Assembly (NCBI GenBank): GCA_964016885.1
Contig: OZ024746.1
Span: 102,238,001-102,302,000, forward strand
Source: Eledone cirrhosa
Taxonomy: Eukaryota
DNA length: 64,000 bases
Direction of reading: 5' to 3'
Shown: positions 1 through 11,107 of the stretch, piece by piece
Numbering within the stretch: position 1 is the stretch's first letter
How the letters are laid out: the number at the start of each line of letters is the position of its first letter
Position numbers and translations under genes: made by a program
The notes under the pieces: generated by a model
The model's database searches: none
The model's input: the letters and a program-made list of their open reading frames with translations, nothing else
What the model was told of the DNA's origin: nothing

Positions 1-2209
1 ATTTAAACTTTATCTGCCTTACCTGTTAGATTTGTTGCATAAAAATCCAATAATGACCTAGATGCTGATTTCCATCAATTCTAGCAGTTTTCTGAACAGG
101 TGAATTAATTAAAAATGCAGGTGTAATCAGTACAAGGTTTTAGTCTTTCTCTACATTCCAGGCAAATATTTTCATTGAAAAAAATGTATAAAACCTTTTC
201 ACCAGTCAAAATAATATTGGCAATGTACGGGTGTAAATTCATGTAACAGAATGTTCCCAATATATAAGTTCATTAACAGGTGTGACACAGGTGAATGCAG
301 GTGTTTTTGTATATGTGTTCTAATATATTTTAAAAATATTGTTTTCAATATTGTCAGACAATATTTCTATCGTGATACTGCCCAAAACACCCTTTACATA
401 ATGGCACTTTGCAAAAGGAACACATAAATAGGGTTTGGATTGCGTAACCTTTAACAGTTTTTCTCATTTGCAAAGAGCACAATCGGCAAACCTTCCTCCT
501 ACCATCAATTCTCTCCACTTTGTGAAAAATCAATATTTTCTTTGTGAACCACTGCTAATTTTAATTTTTTCCCAGCTTTGTGTTTGCAAGAAGTATATCC
601 TCCACGTAGCTAGGATGCAATGTCCACGCGAAACTTCATATGACAGTAGTTCTTTGGTGGTGGCGGATCCTTGAGGCTTTTAGTAAATACAATAAAAGAA
701 TTCACAATGGTTAAATTCACTAAAAACCACAAGATGTACCTCCACCATTTCTTTCCAGGGCGTCCAACTGGGTAATATGCACAATACTGGTCAGATTTGA
801 CAACCCCACCCATATATTTATTGTAGGAGAGATTAACTAAAGGTCTACCCTCAGCCCCAACACCTGGTTGTTGGTTAGAACTCAGGAACAAAATTTGCCG
901 TTTGTCTTTGAACACTGTGGCTAACATGTTCCCTTTTTGCATTTGGAGAATGTCCCCTCTGTTTTTCAGTTTCGCAACTTTTATTTCTTGGGGTAGCCCT
1001 TTCCGATTGCTCATTATTGTGCCGCAGGTGTACGTATTTACAAGGGCAAGATCCTCTGCTAAAAGCACCGTAGAAAAAAAATGGTCAAAATATATATGTC
1101 TGTGTTGAGAGTGGAAGGGTTGAGTCAGTGACCACACAACATCGTAACCCAACCAGTGTTTTCTCTCTCCGTTATGTTTTTTTCCTGTGTAAACATCAAA
1201 GTTTACACAGTATCCTGTGTCCGATTCACACAGTTCCCACACTTTGATGCCCCATTTGGTGGGTTTAGCTGGCATATACTGTCTGAAATGAACCCTACCC
1301 TTATACCCAATCATAGCTTTATCAACATTAAGATTTTTTCCAGGTATATACACACTTTTAAATTTTTCTGACATTTCAATTAATGGTCGTACTTTGTACA
1401 GTGGGTCGTAATTTGATTCATTTCTACCAGGGGCATTTGAAGTATCAACCAGATGCAAATACTGGTTTAATTTGATGAATCTCGTTTTTGCCATAATACT
1501 AGATATATAAGGGTCACCAAACCTTATATCAGTACTCCAATAATTCCAGTCATGGAAATTGTTTAATACCAAACAATATTTATGCTAAAAAACGCTTTCA
1601 TTTCGGCAGAATCTGTCGAACGCCATAACAGATCGGGTATTCCGATATTAGAAATTTGTTGTTGTGCATAGCGATTTGTCTCTTCTGCCACAACGTCAAA
1701 GAAAGTTTGTGGTAAAAATAAAAAATAAATAATCCAGTGCTTTAGCATTGGGTGGTAATGTGTGTTGTGGTCCAGTATTTTCAGTAAAATCCGAAACATC
1801 GGTGTTGTTTCTTTCAACCACGCTGGTGTTTTTTCAATGGTGTCAGTCAAATCTTCTTTTTCACTTTCAAAGTGACTATCATCATCATCAGATATATCAG
1901 AAATAAATATATCTGATTCGTTTGAAGATAAATCACTGATATTATCTTCTGTTTCTTTTTGATCTCGAATGTCGTCGGACGTAAAACCTTCAAATTCGTT
2001 GTCGCTACTTTCGGAAGCCATACACTTTCAACATTAAAAACACGTGTTATCGCAAGTTCTTTAACTATACTAAGAGTTAATTTTCGCGCGTAAGGGCTTT
2101 ATCTCGCAGTAATCTCGAATTGACGAGATTTCGATGATGTCAATGTTTATTTTTAGAAGGAGATCTCCGTGTGGTATTAAATGTCGGTTTGAATAAATGA
2201 AAGGGTTAA
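1..2209 (-). mobile_element. piggyBac DNA transposon (one end at 2205; other end probably left of the window)
   Basis: Upstream of the transposase the sequence reads ...TGAAAGGG|TTAA (TTAA at 2206-2209), i.e. TTAA|CCCTTTCA on the minus strand, the canonical piggyBac terminus plus target site. ATCTCG/CGAGAT subterminal motifs at 2101-2130. Confidence 0.7.
354..2021 (-). pseudogene. piggyBac-family (PGBD4-like) DDD transposase, disrupted
   Basis: Acidic N-terminus (MASESSDNEFEGF) and core motifs VDKAMIGYKGR..RQYMPAKPTKWGIKVW, YFDHFFS, TCGTIMSNRKG, YNKYMGGV-KSDQ, KKWWR. Manual translation of 354-500 gives the C-terminal Cys-rich domain CRLC...CSFCKVPLCKGCFGQYH, with stop at 354-356. Frameshift near 1565, premature TAG at 610-612 and a further frameshift near 540. 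Confidence 0.9.
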
Positions 2210-3319
2210 GATGCTAAGCACCAGCATAAGTTATATTACCAAATGCTTTCAAATTCTTCATTATTTAAAATGTTATCTAAAAATCACAGGCAAGGCATTA
2301 GAAATGTCAATGAAAAGACATTTTCTACAACTAAATACACTTTCATATACGAAAGAAGCTGTTCAGCTAATGAGAAACAATGAAATTGAAGTCTAATTGT
2401 CTTGTAATAATTAGGATGCCATACCTTTATATTACTGTCAAAGTAAATAACAGTATGCAAGCTGTATTTAAAAGTTATTAACATCCACTAACGAAGATAG
2501 AAACCAGATGTGATACTCTCAGAATTGGATAAAGATAAAGTAAAAAAACAAACAAAAACAATCCTCAAAATGTCACATGAGGAACATGTACCATCCAACA
2601 ATGCAAGATTTATAAATAGTAAGGAGCACCCAAGCATTTCCAGTAGGCAAGAATGTCTAAGGAAAGAATCATTGAACAGATTTTATGGGCAGAGTCAATC
2701 AGCAGGAGACTCAGTGGTAGATCTTCAGCAAGATAGTTGGAAACATCCAGTCTTACTTAGGGATCCAGCCAGATCAATTGGTGATGGCTGCTTCTGACAA
2801 GACCCTTTGGAAGGCATGTCTGAGGACCCTACCTCCATGACCATCCCAGGAATAAGTGGATTATGAAAAAGATAGTTATTTGAGCAAATTAATTCAAATT
2901 CTTGATTATTTCTTTTCAAAATTGCAGTAAAAGCAATGTATTTCATTACAAATACGGCCACAAAAGTTAAAATATAACTTTTAATTACCATTTTATGCGT
3001 CACTATATTAACCTTTTAGCATTTAAACCAGTCATAACCAGCTGTAACTGGCCCTTCATACTTATGTTAGGGTATTGTTCCCAAAATAAATAACATCAAA
3101 ATCTCATCGATTCAATATTATGTATGGTAAAGCCTTTACCATGAGAATACAATAGTATATATATATATATATATATATATAAGCAAAAGGGATATTCAAT
3201 TTGTTGGTAATTCCTTTGTCAGTGTTGAACAAAAAGGGCAACGATGGTTGCCTAAAGACTGTACGACTTAATTCGGGATGTTTGTTTACAAACACACCGA
3301 GCATTATAATAAATGTTCG

Positions 3320-3735
3320 GTGAATCCATACATACATATATATATGTGTGCATGTATATACATACATACATACTACTGTACATCTGTATACATATATGTA
3401 TGTACGTATACATACTTATATATATATATATATAAACAGCAACACCATTGTCTGCAGCAACAGCAGCAGTGAAATGAAGAACAACAACAACGATGACAGC
3501 GACAACAACAATAACGACAGCGACAACAACAACAACAACAGCGACAACACCATTGTCTGTGTATGTATGTATTTATATATATGCAACTATAATAACAGCA
3601 ACAACACCATTATCTGCAGCATCAGTGAAATGAAGAACAACAACGGCAGCAGCATCAGCAACAACAACAACAGCAACAACTGCCACCACCACCACCATTA
3701 CCAGCGTATAGCAAACAATTATTATTATTATATAA
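3320..3735. repeat. compound microsatellite (TACA/TA, then AAC/GAC/AGC, CAC, TAT)
   Basis: Directly visible simple repeats; explains the poly-N/YI ORFs in the track. Confidence 0.9.
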
Positions 3736-3788
3736 AAACTGAACTGGACTGGGAAAAGTCAACAGTTGACATGATTTTGATTTTGTAA

Positions 3789-5296
3789 GGAATACGTAAC
3801 CGGGGGACTAAAACACAAGCACACACACACAGTACTACCAGACATACTAATAATAGAAGATCACCACCAAATAAATCACGTTGTAGAAAGTATATCTGGT
3901 ACAATCCTATTTTTAATGCCTCGATTAGTACAAAACTATCTCTTTCATTCTTTAAATTAATCAACAAATATTTCCCTAGTTCCCATAAATACAGCAAAAT
4001 TCTGAACTCTAAAACTATTAGACTATCATACTCCACGGCACCAAACCTTGAAGCATACATAAAAAAACTTAACTTAAGGCAATTAAACAACTCTACAAAA
4101 CAAAACATTTTAGTAACAGATGGGCAGAACGCAATATCTGCCTCCCAACAACTAAATGGGAGACGGGTATTACACAACCCACCTGTACCGCTATCACAAC
4201 CTATCCATGGTATACCCGCTACCCACAACAAAGAATGTAACTGCCATCTACCTGAAAGATGTCCATTGAAGAATGAATGCCTAAAGTCCAACATTGTTTA
4301 CCAATGCACGGTTGAATCGAACGACCAGAAATGGTATTATATCGGATCTACCACCACATCGTTTAAATCTCGCTGGTACCGTCATCGATTCTCAATCAAG
4401 CATCCGAATCACCGTTTTGTGACCACGCTCGCCAACAAGACCTGGCAACTCCGTGAACACAACCAACAGTTCACCTTAAAATGGGATATACTTTCCAGCG
4501 CAAGTGCATATCGGAGTGGATTGAAGTACTGCAGGTTATGTAACCTTGAGCTATTTTACATATTAAAATCCAAAAACAAACTACTTAACGATAGAATTGA
4601 ACGATCATTATACTGCAACCACAAACTAAAAGCTAAATTCTCTCACTATAAAATAACTTAACATTCGAACCCGTAACTATAACACCACTTTCTAGCTAAC
4701 AACCTTTTCTTCCCCCCACACTACAAGACAATACACTGCTTATCACTATACATGGTAACTCAGTGCAATTCCTAGATTACTACTACAAACCCAAAGTTCA
4801 CTCACCACACATACTTTGTCTCTCCCCTCTCTACCTATCTCTCTCTACATCCATTACACTCTCTCTCTCTCTCACCTTTGACCTACCTCCCTCTCAACAT
4901 CTATGAACTTGCCCTCTGGGGCAATAAATAATTCCGACCTTAACTATCAACGCATCTCTCCAAAAGTAACCAGTATAATAAAACCCTTACCATAACATTT
5001 TGATTAAGATATCTACAAGCCACTCTCTCCTACTTCTCCAACCCCTGCATATCTTTCTTTCTCTCTTCCTGTTCTACTCTATCTTCCCCAACAACCCCAC
5101 TTAAGGGTATTTACATTGTACATTTACCATTCTGCTCTGAGGAAACAGTGGTCACAGCATTGGATATTCGAGTTCTGCAAGTACTTGTGAATTGAATTTG
5201 CACGTAGCGTAACTAGGCTGCAGTACCACCGTGGAAACACTTGTAAGCACACGGAATAAATTACCTTTTTATGATGTCTACCTGTTATTATTCCTT

Positions 5297-5298
<2 letters not shown>
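3789..5298 (+). mobile_element. Penelope-like retroelement 3' fragment (end of RT region + C-terminal GIY-YIG endonuclease + 3' UTR/pseudo-LTR)
   Basis: Frame open from 3789 to stop at 4661: YIWYNPIFNASISTKL..LINKYFP..HKYSKILNSKTIRLSYST-PN, CNC..CPLKNECLKSNIVYQCTV..YYIGSTTTSFKSRWYRH..CRLCNLE. Hammerhead-like motif and AATAAA (5255-5260) downstream; ends at a (TA)n tract. Confidence 0.8.
5133..5249 (+). ncRNA. candidate type I hammerhead ribozyme of the Penelope-like element
   Basis: TGCT (helix I) - CTGAGGA core (5137-5143) - helix II ACAGTGGT/ACCACCGT - GAAA (5234-5237) - minimal helix III ACA-CT-TGT - cleavage triplet GTA (5243-5245) - AGCA (helix I partner). Confidence 0.65.
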
Positions 5299-5354
<56 letters not shown>

Positions 5355-5544
5355 TTGTATGCATGAATGAGTGTTGGTGTGTGAGTGGCGTGTGTGTTTG
5401 TGGTTTGTATGCATGAGTATTGGTGTGTGAGTGTGTGTGCGTGCATGTCGTGTCAATAAGTGTTTTTTTTTGTTTTTTTTAATGACCATGCTGTAAAATG
5501 GAGGGGTAGAGAGGGCTCTTGAGTCTAGTAAGACATCCTCTCTA

Positions 5545-8500
5545 GTGCTGGTGGCACAAATAAAAGCACCCAGTCCATGCTGTAAAGTGGCGCTGGTGTT
5601 AGGAAGGGCATCCAACCAGTGTATCAATGCCAAAACGCTTATCAGCACAGCAACAAATAGGAACAACAACAAAGTATGATGACGTCGCATCTCAGAGTTG
5701 CAACACTTAATGTTGGCACTCTCAGAGGTAGATCTGCTGAAATAGCGGAGATGCTGGAGAGAAGGCATGTGGATGTGTGCTGCGTGCAAGAGGTGAGATG
5801 GAGAGGTGCCTCTGCGAGACTAGTCGTAGGCAAACGTCTTAGTTATAAGCTATTCTGGGTAGGTAAGGATGATGGGTTAGGGGGAGTAGGCATTTTCCTG
5901 GCTGAGAAATGGATCAATAAGACAATAGAGGTAGTTCGAGTTAGTAATCGAATAATTAAGCTTAGATTAGTTGTAGGCAGGAGACTACTGACAATCATCT
6001 CTGCCTATGCTCCCCAAGCAGGCCTAGGCAAAGATGAGAAAGACTGCTTTTACGAGCAACTTTTACAAACAACCTCAATGACATAGGACGTAGACATCGT
6101 TATGCTAGCAGGAGACTTCAATGGTCATGTTGGACAGCTCCAGGATGGTTTCACTGGGGGACATGGTGGGCACGGTTACAGCTCAAGAAATGAAGAAGGA
6201 ATGAGACTTCTTGAATTTTGTGATGCAGGTACACTGACTATTTGCAACAAACTTCCAGAAACCTGCCAATCACCTAATAACCTACAAATCTGGCGAGCAC
6301 ATAAGCCAGATTGACTTACTAGTTAGGCAGCGGGACAGGCAGATAGTGTCTAATACCAAGGCATACCCTGGGGAAGAATGTACCCCACAGCATAGGTTAG
6401 TCATTAGTGATATCTCAGTAAGCAAGAGATGGAATGAGACATACAGGAAGGTGTGGAGAAGAAAGGTCTGGAAGCTAAAAGACCTTTCACTAAAATACAA
6501 ATTTAGGAAAGCCCTTCAAGATGTATATGACGAAAAAGAAGACGATTTAGAGACGTATGACATAGATAATAACTGGAATTTCTTACGTGACAACTTGCTG
6601 CAGGCTACTGATGAAACTTGTGGCTGGAGCAGAGCTCCAACCAGACAGAGAGTGACCTGGTGGTGGAACAGCACAGTAGATAAGGCCATTAGAGACAAAA
6701 GACTAGCATGGAAGGCTTGGAAAAAGGGTGGGAGTAGGGAAGAATATACAGCCGCTGAGAGAAGCTAGACGTCAGGTGTACTTAGCATGCAGGGAAGCGG
6801 AGAGTAGGAGGTTTGCCAATGTACTGCGACGGGAAGATCAGAGGCGTGCGGTGTTCCACATTGCAAGGCAGTGTGTCAATGCAAATCAGGATGTTGTTGG
6901 AGATAAATGTGTCCGGGATGATGCCGGTGTACTTAGTGTCACGAATGATCAGAAAAAGGAGGCCTGGAAATGTCATTATGAGAGACTGATGAATGTGGAG
7001 AATGAATGGGAGAGAGAGAAATTACCCTCAGTAGATCCAACAGAGGGACCAGCTATTGAGATTGTCGAATATAGGGTCCAAGAGGCGATTAAGGAAATGA
7101 AAAATGGTAAGGCTGCTGGACCGTCGGGGATAGTTGCTGAGATGCTGAAGGCATCAAGGGACGTAGGCACTAAACTGGTTGCACGCATCATCAATCAGGC
7201 TATATATGGTGGTGTCATACCCAAAGACTGGTGCAGCAGTATTCTCATAAATTGCTACAAAGGTAAAGGGGATGCTCTGGAGAGGAGCAATTATAGGGGT
7301 ATAAAACTGATGGATCAGGTTATGAAAGTGGCAGAAAGGATATTAGCACAACTAATTAGAGAAAGGGTCAAACTAGATGAGATGCAGTTTGGTTTTGTGC
7401 CTGGGAAGAGTACAACAGATGCCCTCTTCTTGGTGAGACAATTGCAAGAGAGGTTCTTAGAGAAAAATAAGCCACTATACTTAGCCTTTGTTGACCTAGA
7501 GAAGGCCTTTGATAGGGTACTCCGATCTGTCATCTGGTGGTCCCTAAGGAAGCTAGGTGTTGAGGAATGGCTTGTGAGGACAGTGCAAACTTTGTACAGA
7601 GGTGATGTCAGTAAAGTCAGGGTAGGAATGGAGTTTAGTGAGGAATTCCAGATACAAGTAGGAGTACATCAAGGTTCGATCCTCAGCCAGCTCTTGTTCA
7701 TTATAGTCCTCCAAGCCATAACAGAGGAGTTTAAGACTGGCTGTCCATGGGAACTTCTCTATGCTGATGATCTGGTTCTTATAGCAGAATCAGTAGAGGA
7801 GCTAGAGAATAAATTCTGGCTATGGAAACAGCAGTTGGAAGCAAGAGGACTGAGAGTGAACCTAGCTAAGACAAAAGTGTTGATGAGTAGAAAAGAGGAC
7901 AAAACTCTGATTCCGTCAGGGAAATGGCCATGTTCGATATGCAGAAAAGGAACTGGCATAAATTCGATAAAATGCACACAATGCAGATCCTGGGTACACA
8001 AGAGATAGCAGGCAAACTAACAGGTAGGGAGAAATATGTATGCAGTAGATGTACAGGGAAATTAGACAGTAGAAGTCGCTTTGATAGACACATTTTTCAA
8101 ATGCAGGAGGGCGTTATAGAAGCGGTGGATGCTTCCGGTACCTAGGAGATCAGATTAGCATGGGAGGAGGGTGTTCCGAGGTCATAGTATCTAGAATAAG
8201 GACGGGTTGGAAGAAGTTTAGGGAGCTGCTTCCTCTGCTGATGAAGAAGGGTTTCTCCCTGCATACGAAAGGCCGGTTGTATGATGCCTGTGTGAGGAGC
8301 GCGATGTTGCATGGTAGTGAGACATGGGCAGCAACTGCAGAGGATATGCGACGGCTGGAGAGAAATGAGGCAAGCATGCTCCGTTGGATGTGCAGTGTAA
8401 ATGTGCGTGAACAACCCAGCATGAATGTGTTGAGAGAGAAACTGTCTCTGAGAGGGATAGAATGTAGTATACGGGAGAGGAGACAGGTGGTATGGACATG

Positions 8501-8743
8501 TGATGCGCATGGAGGATGACCGATGGGTGAAGAAGTGCCAGGAAATGCCAGTTGAAGGAAAACGTGGTAGAGGTAGAGCACGAAAAACATGGGGGGGAGG
8601 TGGTGAGAACAGACCTCAGATCGTTGAAGCTCATGGTGGAGATGACGATGGACCGTGACGAGTGGAGAGATGCTGTGCTGAATAAGACCCATCCCACCCT
8701 TGCAAGCAGAGAGAAGCGGACGTAAAATGATGATGATGATGAT
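5545..8743 (+). mobile_element. RTE-clade LINE, near full length, inactivated
   Basis: 5' motif TTAGGAAGGGCATCC; APE endonuclease (TLNVGTL, CVQEVRW, SAYAPQ, AGDFNGHVG, QHRLV); RT (NYRGIKLM, QFGF, AFVDLEKAFD, GVHQGS, LLYADDLVL); Cys finger; C-terminal LHGSETW; (GAT)n tail at 8728-8743. Stop at 6084-6086 and several frameshifts (~6250, ~6760, ~8008, ~8135, ~8490). Confidence 0.93.
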
Positions 8744-8870
8744 ATATATATATATATATATATAGTAATGTGAAGGGTGAGGGGTGAAAATAATTTGTCT
8801 GTGGATGTTTCCATACAAAGAAAATGACACCAGTTACTTCTACACAATCACATCACAACAGTAGGTTTAA

Positions 8871-9086
8871 CCATTTAACATTTACATTACTCTATATTTA
8901 CTATTATATTTTCATAGTGAAGACTTTACCTCACCTAATTAGCTCACAATATTGAATCTATGAGATTTTGATATTTATTTTGAGAACAACACCGTAACAT
9001 CAGTATGAGTGGCTGGTTACAGCTGGTTTTAATAGAAAGAGGTGAGAGAGTTCTGGGCGGATATGGCTGGTTTAAATGCTAAAGGG
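8871..9086. mobile_element. piggyBac-type MITE with TTAA target duplication
   Basis: TTAA|CCATTTAACATTTACA ... TTTAAATGCTAAAGGG|TTAA imperfect TIRs. A related end is at ~3008-3045 (TTAACCTTTTAGCATTTAAACC). Confidence 0.7.
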
Positions 9087-9139
9087 TTAATGTTACTTCT
9101 ACACAATCATATCACAACAGTGGGTTTAATGTTACTTCT

Positions 9140-11107
9140 ACACTACACACCAACTTCTGGGTGGGTTATAACAACTAGTTGAGTAGAGTAGGAATATGTT
9201 AGCAAAAAAAATGAGTAGATAAGGTAATTGCTGCAAACAGAACGAACGACAGAATCATTAAAATCAGACTAGTTCTAAATAGAACAACCATGTCAATTAT
9301 TACATATATTTGCACATCAGTCTGATCTACCAGATGTTATAAAAGACAGGTTCTATGAGTCCCTAATGCTCATTACTTCCCAAATAACCGACAGTGACTA
9401 TATAATCATTGCTGGGTGACTTTAATGGGCTTGTTGGACAATATTGTGATGGCTATGACAGAATCCATGGAGGCTATGGGTTTGGTACTAGAAATGAGGA
9501 AGGTTTCAAGCTCCTGGAATTCTGTGATACCAATGACTTGTCTGTAACAAACTTTAAAAAATGAGACAATCACTTGATCACCTATATATCAAAGGAGGAC
9601 ACCAGCCAGATAGATTTTATTCTTACCAGAATATGAGATAGAGTGTCTGTTGTAAACACAAAGTCCCTCCCTGGTGAAGAATGTACCTCCTAACAAACCT
9701 AATAGTGACCTCATAATCAGGGCTAGACGTTCTCGACAACAGAAGACAACTTTGAGGAGAAGGATGTGGAAGTTGAAGAACCCCACAGTCAGTAACAAAT
9801 TTAGAGGTATGTTACTTGATGTTTTTGACAGTAAGGAAGCGCAAATAGAGACATACTATATAGGGGAACAGAGTAAATTCCTAAAAGATAACCTACTGAT
9901 GGTGACATGAAATTTGTGGCTCTAGGAGAAGGAGAGTATCTTGGTGGAGAAGTGTGTCAGAGATGATAATGGAGTACTTGCCCTCACTGATAGGAAGGTA
10001 GCATGGAATGTCATTATGGAGTACTTGCCCTCTCTGATAGGAAGGTAGCATGGAAGTGTCATTATGGAGTACTTGCCCTCTCTGATAGGAAGGTAGCATG
10101 GAAGTGTCATTATGGAGTACTTGCCCTCTCTGATAGGAAGGTAGCATGGAAGTGTCATTATGGAGTACTTGCCGTCACTGACAGTAAGGTAGCATGGAAG
10201 TGTCATTATGGAGTACTTGCCCTCACTGACAGTAAGGTAGTATGGAAGTGTCATTATGAAAGACTACTAAATGAGGAGAATGAATGGGATAAAGATAGTT
10301 TGCCACAAGTTGACCCAACTAAGGGACAAGAAAGCAATCAAAGATATGAAGACAGGAAAGACAGCTGGGCCTTCAGGGATTGTTGCCAAGATGCTGAAAG
10401 CACCTGGGATGGTGAGTCATACCTTAACCATCCCTATAGTAAACCAAATAATACAAAATGGTGTCATACCCAATGACTGGTGTAGCAGCATCATTGTCAA
10501 CTGCTACAAGGGCAAACGAGACGCTTGAGACAGAAAAAACTATAGAGACTCTAGGTCATGAAGGTCACAGAAAGTTATTGTACAGCTGATTAGGGATCAA
10601 ATTAAACTTGATGAAATGCAGTTTGGGTTTGTGCCAGGTAAAAGTACCACAGATGCTCTCTTCTTCGTTATGCAACTGCAAGAAGTACCTAGCAAAAAGT
10701 AAACCCCTCTACTTAGCTTTTGTTGACTTGGAGAAAGCCTTTAACAGAGTCCGCCATTCCATTATCGGGAGAGCTCTTAGAAAACTAGGAGATGAGTGGT
10801 TTCTGAAAACTATACAAGCTATATATAGTGGAACAGTCAGCAAGGTTAGAATTAACAATGACTATAGTGGAGAATTCAGCATGCAGGTAGGTGTTCATCA
10901 AGGCTCTGTCCTTAGCCTCCTCCTGTTTATTATTGTCCTTCAGGCAGAAGAGTTTAAGATTGGATGCCCTTGGGAACTTCTGTATGCAGATGATCTAACT
11001 CTCATAGCTGAAACTATGGCAGATTTAAAGAAGAAATTCCAAACCTGGAAGCAGGGCCTAGAATCAAAAGGCCTTAAAGTTAATTTGTCAAAAACTAAAG
11101 TTCTAGT
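9140..11107 (+). mobile_element. degraded RTE LINE (endonuclease to RT), 3' part cut off by the next element
   Basis: GDFNG-VG, DWCSSIIVNCYKGK, AFVDLEKAF, GVHQGS, LLYADD motifs in broken frames; homologous to 5545-8743. Confidence 0.88.
9971..10257 (+). repeat. 48-bp minisatellite (6 units) derived from RTE coding sequence
   Basis: Unit GGAGTACTTGCCCTCTCTGATAGGAAGGTAGCATGGAAGTGTCATTAT, encoding GVLALSDRKVAWKCHY; single-copy in the other RTEs of the window. Confidence 0.92.

Noticed and set aside
3104-3788. Poly-Asn/His and YI-rich ORFs
   Set aside because: Translations of microsatellites.
5545-5660. HDV-like ribozyme at the RTE 5' end
   Set aside because: Such ribozymes are known in some RTEs, but I could not build the nested double pseudoknot from this sequence.
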